Positions 1-9,800 of a stretch of 64,000 nt of DNA are shown here, piece after piece. Both the position numbers and the translations under genes were made by a program. Numbering within the stretch: position 1 is the stretch's first letter; every line of letters begins with the position of its first letter. The notes under the pieces were generated by a model. That model had not been told where the DNA came from and did no database searches. It saw only the letters and a list, made by a program, of their open reading frames with translations. This DNA is from Planctomycetota bacterium (GTDB lineage: Bacteria; Planctomycetota; UBA1135): assembly GCA_003696625.1 (NCBI GenBank), contig RFGR01000132.1, positions 1,909-65,908 of the forward strand. The letters run 5' to 3'.

Positions 1-797
1 GGCAGCGCCAGCAAGACTGCCGCCCCGCCGGCCAGGAGCCAGCTCCCCCGCCGGGGGCCGCGCAGGACCACCGGCGCCAGCCAGAGGGCGAGCACCAGGC
101 CGGCGAAGCCGCCGGCCAGGGGGTTCAGGGCCAAAGCGGCGGCGGCGGCCGCCGCCACCCGCCAGGGGGTTCCTGCGGCCGCGCCTCCGGCGCGGGCCGG
201 AAGGGCGCCGGACCAGGCCCAGAGCACGAAAGGAAGGGCCGGGGCGAAGGAGGAGACGTTCAGGAACTTGGGCAGGAAGGCCTGCAGACGCTGGTCCCAG
301 GCGATCGGCGTGCCGGCGAAGGTCAGCGGCGCCAGCCGCAGGACCGGCGCCGCGCCCGGCGCCGCCGCCTCGCCGCCGGCCAGCAGGAAGCCGAGCCAGC
401 CGAGGGCGTTGAAGCCGAACACCGCCGCCAGGAAGGTCCAGCGCCGAGCCCGGCCGGACAGCCCGGCGGCGCGGCCGAGGGAGTCGAGCGCCGGCGCGAA
501 GAGCAGCGCGGCCAGAACGTCGAGCAGGGCGAACCCCAGGAGGGGACCGCCGCCGAGGCGGCCGAGGAGCACCCCGAGCATGGGGTAGAGGGTGTAGTAG
601 CGGAGCGGAGCGCCGGCGTGGTACGGGTTCTCCGGCCGCAACCCCTCGCGCAGGACGGCCTCCCCCACCGCGGCGTGCAGGAAGCCGTGGTAGGAAGCGC
701 GGACGACCTCGCCGCCGAGCACGAGGACGGCGAGGACGGCCGCGGCCAGGAGCGCCCCTTCCAGCCAGGCGGCGAGCCGGCGATCGGCGAGGCTCAT
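1..797 (-). CDS. polytopic integral membrane protein, C-terminally truncated by the window edge (GT-C/PMT_2-like glycosyltransferase is only a tentative guess)
   Basis: Not in the ORF track because it runs off the window. My reverse-strand reading from the ATG at 797-795 gives MSLADRRLAAWLEGALLAAAVLAVLVLGGEVVRASYHGFLHAAVGEAVLREGLRPENPYHAGAPLRYYTLYPMLGVLLGRL... The frame stays open to base 1 and shows alternating hydrophobic helices. The ATG overlaps the TGA of the upstream gene (ATGA). Confidence 0.55.
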   Translation of the reverse strand, partial: MSLADRRLAAWLEGALLAAAVLAVLVLGGEVVRASYHGFLHAAVGEAVLREGLRPENPYHAGAPLRYYTLYPMLGVLLGRLGGGPLLGFALLDVLAALLFAPALDSLGRAAGLSGRARRWTFLAAVFGFNALGWLGFLLAGGEAAAPGAAPVLRLAPLTFAGTPIAWDQRLQAFLPKFLNVSSFAPALPFVLWAWSGALPARAGGAAAGTPWRVAAAAAAALALNPLAGGFAGLVLALWLAPVVLRGPRRGSWLLAGGAAVLLAL

Positions 798-2167
798 CCC
801 TCCTCCGGCGTCGGCGGCCGGCAACCGTCGAGGGCGAACCACTCCGGATGGACCAGCGCGTCGAGGGCCGCGGCGTTGCCCGGGGTCCGGGCGAAGGGAC
901 GGACCTCGACCAGGTCGAGGCCCTCGAACCAGGCAGCGAGCCCCCGCAGCAGCCGCCGCACCACGTCCGGGTGGTCGCCGGAGACGTCCTGCTGCTCGAG
1001 CGGGTCGGCGAGACGGTCATAGAGCGCGAGCCGCGGGTAGGGATAGATCCCGCCCTGGGCGGGATAGGGCGGCTCGTGCGGACCGTCCGGCAGGTGGCCG
1101 CAGGGAGCGGCGACCAGGGTCCAGCGACGATCCCGGATGCTCCAGAACTCGCGCTGCCAGGTGGCGACGAAAAACGGCCGCGGCGGCGGCTCCTCGCCCA
1201 AGGCCAGGGGCAGGACGTCGGCCAGGGCGACCGGCTCCCGGCGCCGCTCCCCCGCCGGCCAGCCCCGGCCGGCGATCACCAGCGGCACGCGGATCACGCC
1301 CGAGTAGAGGCTCTTGCCGTGCAGGAAGTAGCCGTGGCGGTCGCCGAGTTCCTCCCCGTGGTCGGCGGTGAAGACCACGACCGCGTTGTCGAGCAGGCCG
1401 CCCCGCCCGGCGGCGCGGTAGAGCCGGTCGAGACCGGCCAGAAAGTCCCGGACGAGGGAGGAGGCGTAGCGGACCTCGCCGTCGTAGAGCGCCCGCATCT
1501 GGGCCAAGGCGGCGGCGTCCAACCGGCCGGGGTCGAGGTGGAAGCCGTAGAGGGTCCGATTGTCGCCGCGCGGCCCGGCGGGATCGGACCAGAGGTCGTG
1601 CTCCGGCGGCGGCGCGTACGGCTGGTGCGGCGCCATGAAGTGGGCCCAGAGCAGCAGCGGCCGCCCGGCCCGGACCTCGGGGTCGGCGAGCGCGAGCAGC
1701 TCGGAACCGACCCGCGGCTCGGCCTCCCGCGGGCGCAGCGCGTAGTCGAGGAAGCCGCGGGCGAGGCCGTATTCGGGCACGACCGAGGCGTTGGCGCAGC
1801 GGGCGAAGGTCCGGTAGCCGCGGTCGCGCAGATCCTCGGCCCGGCTCCGCCCCTGCATCACCGTCATGTGGGTGACGGCGCCGTGCTCGAGCGGCTCGCG
1901 CCCGGTCCAGAAGCTGGCCAGGGAGGGGACGGTCTTCCCGGCCGGCGCCCAGCAGGTCTCGAACACCGTGCCTCGTTCGCCGAGCCAGCGCGGCGAGAAG
2001 GCCTCGTCGGCTCCGAGATCGGTGGCCCGCTCGGCGCCGTAGAGGGACAGACGGTCGGCCCGCAGGGTGTCCACCGTGACCACGATCAGGTCCGGCGGCG
2101 CCGACCGGGCGCCGTGCTGACAGGTGGCGAGGAGGAGCAGGGCCGCCCACGGTCCGGCCGCGCGCAT
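794..2167 (-). CDS. sulfatase-fold (alkaline phosphatase superfamily) hydrolase/transferase, probable lipoprotein, Thr at the nucleophile position
   Basis: 457-aa ORF with ATG start. Signal peptide carries a lipobox-like LLLATC. Family motifs: VVTVDTLRADRL, GKTVPSLASFWTG (Thr where formylglycine sulfatases carry Cys/Ser) and FTADHGEELGDRHGYFLHGKSLY. Confidence 0.75.
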   Translation of the reverse strand: MRAAGPWAALLLLATCQHGARSAPPDLIVVTVDTLRADRLSLYGAERATDLGADEAFSPRWLGERGTVFETCWAPAGKTVPSLASFWTGREPLEHGAVTHMTVMQGRSRAEDLRDRGYRTFARCANASVVPEYGLARGFLDYALRPREAEPRVGSELLALADPEVRAGRPLLLWAHFMAPHQPYAPPPEHDLWSDPAGPRGDNRTLYGFHLDPGRLDAAALAQMRALYDGEVRYASSLVRDFLAGLDRLYRAAGRGGLLDNAVVVFTADHGEELGDRHGYFLHGKSLYSGVIRVPLVIAGRGWPAGERRREPVALADVLPLALGEEPPPRPFFVATWQREFWSIRDRRWTLVAAPCGHLPDGPHEPPYPAQGGIYPYPRLALYDRLADPLEQQDVSGDHPDVVRRLLRGLAAWFEGLDLVEVRPFARTPGNAAALDALVHPEWFALDGCRPPTPEEG

Positions 2168-2185
2168 ATCGGAAGAATAGCAGCC

Positions 2186-3700
2186 TCAGCGGGCCCAGGC
2201 CGGGAACACCGCCAGGTCGATCCCCCAGCGCGGCGCGATCCAGAGGAAGGTGAAGAGGGTGACGACGACCGCCGTCAGCAGGTTCAGGACGAAACCGGCC
2301 CGCGCCATCTGGGCGATGGCGAGACGGCCGCTGCCGAACAGGATCGCGTTCGGCGGCGTCGCCACCGGCAGCATGAAGGCGCAGCTCACGGCCAGGGTGG
2401 CCGGCAGGGCGAGCAGCAGCGGATGGACGCCGGCGGCGGCGCTGGCGGTGAAGATCAGCGGCAGCAGCAGGTTGATGGTCGCCGTGTTCGAGGTGATCTC
2501 GGTCAGGAAGGTGACCGCCAGGGAGACGAGCAGGACGGTCCGAACCGGGCCGGCGGCGCCGACGCCGCCGGCGAGAGCGTCGCCGATCGCCTGCGACAGG
2601 CCGGTCCGGTCGCAGGCCCGGGCCAGAGCGAAGCCGCCGCCGAGCAAGAGCAGGACCCCCCAGGGCAGGGAGCGGCAGTCCTCCCACTCGAGCAGGGTCC
2701 GCCGGCCGTCCTCGCCGGGCAGGATGAAGAGGAGGAAGACCCCGAACAGGGCGACGGTCGCGTCGCTGATGCTGCCGGCGGCGGCCGCGGGCAGCAGGGC
2801 CTGCCAGCCGGGCAGCGCCACCGGCCCGAGGTCGGCGCCCTGCCGGGTGATCCAGAGGACCGCGGTCAGGGCGAAGACCGCCAGCACCCGGGTCTGGGCC
2901 GGTCGGCGCCGGCCGAGACCGCCCTCGCGCCGGAGGGCCTCCAGCCCCGGTACCGGCTCCACCGGCAGCCGATGGATCAGACGGGTCAGGACCAGCCAGG
3001 TCAGGAGCAGGAAGACCGCCGCGAAGGGCACGACGCCGACCACCCAGGTCCCGAAGGCGATCTCCGGCGCCCGCGGGAAGCGCTCGGCCAGGAGCCCGAG
3101 CAGGACCCCGTTCGGCGCGGTGCCGATCGGGGTTGCGGTGCCGCCGATCGAACAGGAGTAGGCGATCGCCAGCAGCAGCGGCGGGCCGAGACGGGCGGCG
3201 TCCTCCTCGGCGCAGGCGTCGAGCACGGCCAGCGCCACCGGCAGCATGAGCAGGGCGGTGCTCGTGTTGCTGATGAACATGCTCAAAGCGGCGCCGACCA
3301 GCATGAAGCCGAGGACCACCCGGCGGGGCCGACAGCCGAACAGGCGCAGAGCGCGGAGGGCGAAGCGCCGGTGCAGCTCGTAGCGCTCGAGGGCCAGGGC
3401 GAGGACGAAGCCGCCGAGAAAGAGCAGGAGGATGTCGTGGAAGTAGAACGGCGCCACCACCCGGGCCGGCAGCGCGCCGGTGAGCGGTAAGAGCAGCGCC
3501 GGCAGCAGCGAGGCGACCGGCAGCGGCAGCGATCCGGTCAGCCAGCACCAGGCGGTGAAGAAGGCGACGCCGGCGGTGGCGCGGGCCGGCCCGGCCAGCT
3601 CGGCGACGCCGGGCAGGAAGGGCAGCGCCAGGGCCAGGGCGCCGCCGACCACCAGGCGCGGTCGCGGACCGGCGAACGAAGCGGGAGAGAAAGAGGCCAT
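2186..3700 (-). CDS. DASS/SLC13-type divalent anion:sodium symporter (sulfate/dicarboxylate type permease)
   Basis: 504-aa hydrophobic ORF with many predicted TM helices. It has duplicated hairpin-tip motifs, MFISNTSTALLMLP and EITSNTATINLLLP, typical of DASS carriers. It lies 18 nt upstream of the sulfatase-fold gene. Confidence 0.75.
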   Translation of the reverse strand: MASFSPASFAGPRPRLVVGGALALALPFLPGVAELAGPARATAGVAFFTAWCWLTGSLPLPVASLLPALLLPLTGALPARVVAPFYFHDILLLFLGGFVLALALERYELHRRFALRALRLFGCRPRRVVLGFMLVGAALSMFISNTSTALLMLPVALAVLDACAEEDAARLGPPLLLAIAYSCSIGGTATPIGTAPNGVLLGLLAERFPRAPEIAFGTWVVGVVPFAAVFLLLTWLVLTRLIHRLPVEPVPGLEALRREGGLGRRRPAQTRVLAVFALTAVLWITRQGADLGPVALPGWQALLPAAAAGSISDATVALFGVFLLFILPGEDGRRTLLEWEDCRSLPWGVLLLLGGGFALARACDRTGLSQAIGDALAGGVGAAGPVRTVLLVSLAVTFLTEITSNTATINLLLPLIFTASAAAGVHPLLLALPATLAVSCAFMLPVATPPNAILFGSGRLAIAQMARAGFVLNLLTAVVVTLFTFLWIAPRWGIDLAVFPAWAR

Positions 3701-3764
3701 CGACCCTGGCGGCGGGACCGGAGCGGGTTCATCCTATGGCATCGCTCGCCCCGGCGACGACCGC

Positions 3765-4688
3765 ATGTCCTGGTTCGACCGGCTCCTCGTCCTCGGCCTG
3801 CCTCTGGTCCCCCGGCCCGTGATGAAGCGGCTCGGCCGCCGCTACGTCGCCGGTGAGGAGCGGACCGCCGCCCTCGAGCTGGGGGCCCGCCTGGAAGCCG
3901 CCGGGTATCGGGCAACCTACGACGTCCTCGGCGAGGCGGTCGCCCGCCCCGACCAAGTCACGGCCGCCCTGAGCGAGTACCGGGCCCTGTTCGCCGACCT
4001 CCGGCGCCGCGGCCTGGAGCTGAACCTGTCCTGCAAGCCGACCCAGATGGGCCTCCTGATCGACCAGGAACTCTGTTTCCGGTCGGTGGACGAATTGGTC
4101 CGGCTCGCCGGCGCCGGCGGCGGCTTCGTCCGCTTCGAGATGGAGGACTCCCCCACCGTGGACGGCACCCTGGGCGTCTTCGCACGGCTGCGGCGGGAGC
4201 ACGGCGACCGGGTCGGCTGCGTTCTCCAGGCGATGCTCCGGCGCAGCGAGGCCGACGCCCGCGCCCTGCTCGCGGCCGGTGGTCCGCTCAGCGTCCGGCT
4301 GGTCAAGGGCATCTACGTCGAGCCGGAGGAGGTCGCCTTCCAGGACCGGCAGGAGATCCGGAACTCCTTCCTGGCGCTGCTCGAGCGGCTCCTCGCCGGC
4401 GGCGCCCGGGTCGGGGTGGCCACCCACGACGACTTCCTCTACGAGGGCTATCTCCGGCTGCTCACGGCTCACCCGGAATGGCGCGAGCGGAGCGAGCTGC
4501 AGATGCTGCTCGGGATCCGGGACGACCTGAGGAAGCGGGCTCGGGCCGAGGGAGTGCCGGTCCGGGTCTACGTGCCGTACGGCAGCCACTGGGTGCCCTA
4601 CGTGAAGCGACGCCTGGCCCACAACCCGCGTCTGGCCCGGCTGGCCCTGGTCGGCCTGTTCCGACGCCGCGAACGGCTGGGCGACTAG
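3765..4688 (+). CDS. putA: proline dehydrogenase (monofunctional PRODH)
   Basis: Internal ATG (residue 96 of ORF 3480..4688) gives 307 aa starting MSWFDRLL. PRODH motifs: SVRLVKGIYVEP, VGVATHDD, LQMLLGIR and VRVYVPYGSHWVPYVKRRLAHNP. Confidence 0.8.
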   Translation: MSWFDRLLVLGLPLVPRPVMKRLGRRYVAGEERTAALELGARLEAAGYRATYDVLGEAVARPDQVTAALSEYRALFADLRRRGLELNLSCKPTQMGLLIDQELCFRSVDELVRLAGAGGGFVRFEMEDSPTVDGTLGVFARLRREHGDRVGCVLQAMLRRSEADARALLAAGGPLSVRLVKGIYVEPEEVAFQDRQEIRNSFLALLERLLAGGARVGVATHDDFLYEGYLRLLTAHPEWRERSELQMLLGIRDDLRKRARAEGVPVRVYVPYGSHWVPYVKRRLAHNPRLARLALVGLFRRRERLGD

Positions 4689-5695
4689 GGGTTCCCGCCA
4701 CCGCCGCCGACGGCGGCCAGGGCGGTTTCCAGGCGATCGGCCAGGGCCGCGGCGGCCGCGGCCGGATCGGTTCCCGGCGGCCAGGTCAGGCCGGCGGCGT
4801 TGCGGTGGCCGCCGCCGCCGAAGGACCGGGCGACCTCGTTCACGTCCACCGGCCCGCGGCTGCGCAGGCTGGCCCGCACCCGGCCGGCGCGCGCGTGGAC
4901 CACCGCCACCACCTCGACCCCGGCGACCGAACGCAACAGGTCGAGGACCTCGTCGGCGTCGGCCAGCTCGGCGCCGGCCGCCGCCAGCCGTTCCGGCCCG
5001 ACTGCGGCCAGCGCCAGCCGGCCGCCGGCGCGGAGCTCGAAACCGGCCGCGGCCAGCCCGACCCCGCGCACCGCCGCCGCCGGCAGCCGCTGCCAAACCC
5101 GGCGGTAGAGCGCGGCGCTGTCCACCCCGCGCCCGACCAGCTCGGCGGCCAGGGCCCAGACCTCGGGAGAAGTGTTGGCGTGGCGGAACCAACCGGTGTC
5201 GGCGGCAAGGGCGAGGAAGGCCGCCTCGCAGGCGGCGGCGTCCGGCTCGAGACCGAGGGTCGCGGCCAGCCGCCAGGCGAGCAGGCCGGTGGCCGGCGCG
5301 GCGGGATCGTGACAGAGCAGGTCCCAGTCGCCCCGGTCGGCGGCCGCGAGCGGGTGGTGGTCGATGCAGGCGCGCGGCCGGCCGGAAGCTCGCACCGGCT
5401 CGGCCAGGGCCCCCAACCGGGCCAGAGAGGAGGTGTCGCAGACCAGGAGCAGATCGTGCTCGGGCAGGGCCTCGCCCGGCCGGTAGCGGGCCGCCAGCCG
5501 CCCCGGCGGCCAGTCCCGCAAGCGGGGGTCGGGCTCGTCCGGAAGCAGGATCCGCGTCCTCCGGCCGTCCACCGCCAAGGACCGGGCGAGGAGGACGAGC
5601 GAGCCGAGGCAGTCCCCGTCCGCCCGTTGGTGGCCGCTGAGGAGGATCCGCCGGGCGGCGCGGATCCGGGCCGACAGGTCGGACGGACCGGTCAC
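4685..5695 (-). CDS. nrnA: DHH/DHHA1 phosphoesterase (NrnA-like nanoRNase / pAp phosphatase)
   Basis: GTG at 5695 overlaps the TGA of the upstream gene (GTGA) and is in frame with ORF 4685..6520. Product is 336 aa. Motifs: LLSGHQRADGDCLGS, LLLVCDTS, ACIDHHP, ADTGWFRH and SFGGGGHRNAAG. Confidence 0.8.
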   Translation of the reverse strand: MTGPSDLSARIRAARRILLSGHQRADGDCLGSLVLLARSLAVDGRRTRILLPDEPDPRLRDWPPGRLAARYRPGEALPEHDLLLVCDTSSLARLGALAEPVRASGRPRACIDHHPLAAADRGDWDLLCHDPAAPATGLLAWRLAATLGLEPDAAACEAAFLALAADTGWFRHANTSPEVWALAAELVGRGVDSAALYRRVWQRLPAAAVRGVGLAAAGFELRAGGRLALAAVGPERLAAAGAELADADEVLDLLRSVAGVEVVAVVHARAGRVRASLRSRGPVDVNEVARSFGGGGHRNAAGLTWPPGTDPAAAAAALADRLETALAAVGGGGGNP

Positions 5696-6855
5696 GCCGC
5701 CGCCTCCACCCCGCCGATCGGCCGGACCTCTTCCCCCGCCAGCCAGACGCAGGCCGCGGCGGCGTCGGCCGGCGACCGGGGCGCTCGAAACCGAAGCCAA
5801 CGGGCGGCGGCCCCGGGCCGCAGGTGGCCGAGGTCGGCCCGGCCGACCGCCTCGGCGCCGCCCTCGGTCGCCGCCCGCCACCAAGCCGCCGGCGGGAAGT
5901 CGGGCAGCAGCCTTCCTGCCAGCCGGAACTCCCGCAGCGGATCGAGGGCGTCGTTCGAGGCCCGGGAATCGCAGCCCAGGGCCGGTGCCGGCAGGCCGGC
6001 GGCGGCGAAGGCCGGCGCCGGCCGGCGGAAGAAGCGATGGGTGCCGGGGCACCAGACGACCCGGACCCCGGCCCGATCCAAACGCCGCAGTTCCTCCGGC
6101 CGGAGGTCGGCGCCGTGGACCGCGAGCACGCCGGGGCGCAGGCCGCCGGCGTCGGCCAACCAGTCCACCGGGGAGGGCCAGCGTCCGGCCGGCAACGGCC
6201 GCCCCCGGGCGCGGAGCAGCTCGGCCAGCGGGCCGTCCCCGGCCGCGAGGAGGCGGCGCTCCTCGGCGTGCTCGCCGAGGTGGATCGAGACCGGCCCCGG
6301 CGCCGCGAAGGCCGCCCGCGCCAGCTCGAGACTGACCCCGAACGGAGAGTGCAGCGCCCGGCCGGGGGCCCCGGCGCAGGTCCGCAGAGCCTCGCCGGCC
6401 CGCTCCGGTTCCGGAGCGAACAACTCGGGAAGATCGAGGAGTTCCGGCAACTCCCGCGCCCGCCGGTGGGCCTCGGAGGTCGCGCCCGCCTCGGCTCGGT
6501 GGGCCAGGACGAAGCCGCAACCAGCGCGCCGCAGCTCGGCCAGGGAGGCGGCGGCGGCCTGGTCCGGCGGCAGGCGGTCGCGGCGCTCCCGCCAGGCGAG
6601 CAGCTCCGCCGCCCAGGCCGCGAAGCCGGCGCGGCTCCAGGTCGCGGCCGGGGCGTCGTGGCTCTCGAGATGGGCGTGAACCAGGACCGGCGCCGCTGAC
6701 CAGAACTCGCCCGGGTGGACCTCGTCCTCGGCGCTCGGGCCGTCGTGACCGAGGACCCGGCCGTCCCGGACGACCAGGGCGCGGTCCGACAACAGGGTCT
6801 GCGAATCGACCAGGATCGCGTCCGGGCGGAGGCGGCGAACCGCGCCGCCGCTCAC
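5692..6855 (-). CDS. metal-dependent amidohydrolase family protein (deaminase/chlorohydrolase-like)
   Basis: 387 aa. Amidohydrolase metal ligands appear in the usual order: VHAHLESH, SIHLGEH, LAVHG and ALGCDS. The GTG start overlaps the TGA of lipoprotein D (GTGA). Confidence 0.7.
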   Translation of the reverse strand: MSGGAVRRLRPDAILVDSQTLLSDRALVVRDGRVLGHDGPSAEDEVHPGEFWSAAPVLVHAHLESHDAPAATWSRAGFAAWAAELLAWRERRDRLPPDQAAAASLAELRRAGCGFVLAHRAEAGATSEAHRRARELPELLDLPELFAPEPERAGEALRTCAGAPGRALHSPFGVSLELARAAFAAPGPVSIHLGEHAEERRLLAAGDGPLAELLRARGRPLPAGRWPSPVDWLADAGGLRPGVLAVHGADLRPEELRRLDRAGVRVVWCPGTHRFFRRPAPAFAAAGLPAPALGCDSRASNDALDPLREFRLAGRLLPDFPPAAWWRAATEGGAEAVGRADLGHLRPGAAARWLRFRAPRSPADAAAACVWLAGEEVRPIGGVEAAA

Positions 6856-9800
6856 TCGCCGACCCAGTCCAGCGAGACCTCCTCGACGCGGAAGAAGGCG
6901 CCGGGGGAGGAGCCGATCAGAGCGGCGATCTGGTCATGGTCGAAGACGATCTGGAATCGGACCATGCGAGCCAGGTTGCTGCGCAGCTCGGGCATCCCGC
7001 CCAGCGTGGTGCCGTATCCGGGCACCACCCAGTCGCCGATGGTCTCGGCAATCGGCTCACTGGCTCCCGGCGGCCCCCAGCCGACCTGAAAGGCGACCCA
7101 GATCGGGGTGGTGCCGGGTGTGGTCGAGGGTTCCGGGCTGAGGTCGTCGCCGTCATAGGTGATCGTCTGGGGCCCGGTGCCGTTGTCGTACCGGACCTGA
7201 ATCCGGTAGCCGGTGAAGTCGAGCAGGAGGATGTCGTTGGTCGGGGCGAACCAAGAGCTGACCACGCCGCTGGCGTTGCCGTTGAAGACTCCGACGTCGC
7301 CGGTGGGGCCGGGCATCGAGGCCTGGAGGACGGCCACGTTCGGCTGGCCGGGGCTGCCGATCGGCGCCAGATCGACCGAGACGTCAGGCGAGACCATGCC
7401 CTGCAAGGTGGCCAGGGACTCGCTGCCGGTCGGCGTCTCGAAGCGCATGACGCCGGCGCCGCCGGCGCCGCCGTGGTTGCCGGCGGAGCCCTTGCCGCCG
7501 CGTCCGCCGTCGAGCCGGAAAGCGTCCGGAGCGACCGTCAAGGTGCCACTGGTCTGGAGCAGGATGGCGCCGCCGGAGCCGCCGCCGCCGCCGGCGTCGC
7601 CGGGCGGGCCGAGCAGGATCGCGGCCGGGTCGGTGTAGGGCAGCTGGAGCATGAACTCGCTGTCGCCGCCGGCGCCACCCTCGACCGTGACCAGGCCGGA
7701 GAGGGAGAAGCGGCCGCCGGCCTGAATCTGCAGCGCGCCGCCGCCGGCGCCGCCGCCGGCGCCGTCGCAGTCGCGGAAGGTGTCGATCAGGCCGTCCGGA
7801 CGGAAACCGCCGTCGTGGTACGAGCCGTGCCGGCTGCACCCGGCGCCGCCGCCGCCGGCGCCGCCGAGGAGGAGGCCCTGGTCGGGGTCGAGGGTCTCGA
7901 TTCCAGGCGGCAGGGTGTAGGCGCCGCCGGCCGCGTCCGGGGTGCCGCCGCCGCCGTGGGCGTCGAGGTCGAGGAAGTCGTTGAATTCCCAGATGCCGTT
8001 GGCCGGGTCGTTCACCGGCGCCGGCAGCAGGTTCAGGAGCGGATCGACCGAGCCGGCGACGAAGGCGTTGCCCTGCTCGCCCTCGGTCCAGTAGCCGCCG
8101 CCGCCGCCGCCGCGGGCGCGGTGGCGGGCGTAGTGCTCCCAGGTTCCCGAGACCGAATCGAAGTGGCTCTTGATCGGGGTCAGGGTGGTGAACCCCGCGT
8201 CCGGGATCGCGTCAGTGAGCGGCGGCCAGGCCCAGGAGCCCATGCCGGCCCCGAGCGCCCGTTCGCCGGCGAGCTGGGCGTAGTTCAGCTCGGGGTCGCC
8301 GCCGGTCGGGGCGGCGCCGACTCCCTGCCCGGGCCGCCCGTGGACACTGATCCAGCGGCCGGTGGTCGGCAGGGCGGCGGCCAGGAAACGGTTCGGGTCC
8401 GGCGGGTTGTTGACCGGATCGACCTGGCCCTCGACCCAGCTGGTCAGGTTCTCGTCGTAGTAGTCCGGCTCGCCCGGCGGTTCGCCCGGATCGCGGACGC
8501 CGTCGAGGACGTACCAGGCCTTGCCGCCCCGGCCGCCGGCGCCGCCGGAGCAGTTGCCGGCCCCCGGTTCGCCGCCTTGGGCCTCGAACTCGAACACGCC
8601 GCCGGTCGACTCGCTGGTGCCGGTGACCGGATCGTCGAGCCGCTCGTCGAAGCGCGGGAAATACTTGCCGAAGTTGGCCGGCGCGGCGGCGCCGGACAGG
8701 TCGAGCACGCCCTCGATCACGCAGGCGCCGCGGCTGTAGAGCCGAAGCGGCTTGCTGCCGGTGGCGCTGACGGTGACCCCGGCCGGAATGTGGATCCGCT
8801 CGAACATGAACACGCCGTCGGTGATCGTCACGGTCTCGCCGGTGATCGTCACCATGTCCTGCGAGTCGGTCGAGAAGACGAAGTCCTCGCTCGGCTCGAA
8901 GACGCCGAGGATGCCGCTGCCGCCGCCCTTGTGGACGCCGGCGACCGGGTCGTAGCCGCTGTCGACCGCACCGGCGACCCCGTTCCAGAGGCCGGCGGTG
9001 CTGCCGTCCGGATCCTCCATCAGGCCGTCGTCGAAGCTCTCGACGAAGCTGCCGTTCTGGGAGGTTCGGTCCGGCAACGGCACCAGATTGGCCCCGGGGT
9101 TGGCCAGGAAGTTGTTGGCGATGTCGGCGATCTGGGAGGAGAAGTCGACCCGCAGGTTGCGCAAACCGCCCATGCCGCCGGGGAAGGGTGCCAGCGGGTG
9201 GAAGCGGAGGGTGGTGAGGAGGGCGTTCTGGTCGAACTCGACCGAGAAGGTGCCGGGCACCTTGACCACCACCGTGCCGGACGGCTGGCTGTCGTCCACG
9301 ACCGAGACGCTGACCGAGGGGCTGTCGCCGGTCACCGGATCGACCAGCTGGTCCTTCTGCATCAGGTCGTTGAAGACCATGACGATGTCGAACTCGCTGG
9401 TGGTCGGCGGGTCGTCGCCGTTCGGCGTGATTTCGACCCGCGGCCGGCCTGGGACCAGGTCGATGATCCCGGAGGTGGAGACCACGCAGGAGATCGGAGT
9501 CAGGTTCGGCCGGCCGATCACCGAGCGGACCACCGAGGACTCCGGCGAGGCCAGGAGCGTCACCCGGTAGTTGGCCCCCTCGTCGAAGCCGAACTGGATC
9601 CCGGCCTCGTTCTCGATCAACTGGGGCCGGAAGATGACCTTGCGGCCGCTGACCAGGAACTCGCCGGGAGGGGTCGAGCCGTTGGCGACCTCGACCACCG
9701 AAATCGTGGAGAAGGAGACGGTTGCAGGATCGACGTCGTCGTTGAAGGTGAAGACGATGTCCTGGTTGGTGGCGATCTGGTTGACGGCGCAGGTGCCGCC

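Noticed and set aside
848-3490. 880-aa plus-strand ORF (and the 843-aa minus-strand ORF 1017..3548) covering the sulfatase-fold and DASS genes
   Set aside because: The composition is dominated by R/G/A/P/D/E with no recognisable motifs. These ORFs lie antisense to or out of frame with genes that have clear family signatures. They are typical stop-codon-poor shadow ORFs of very GC-rich DNA.
7480-8120. Runs of ggcggcggc / gccgccgcc that look like tandem repeats or a CRISPR-like array
   Set aside because: They are in-frame Gly codons of lipoproteins D and C (and Ala/Pro runs elsewhere). No repeat-spacer periodicity and no cas genes are present.
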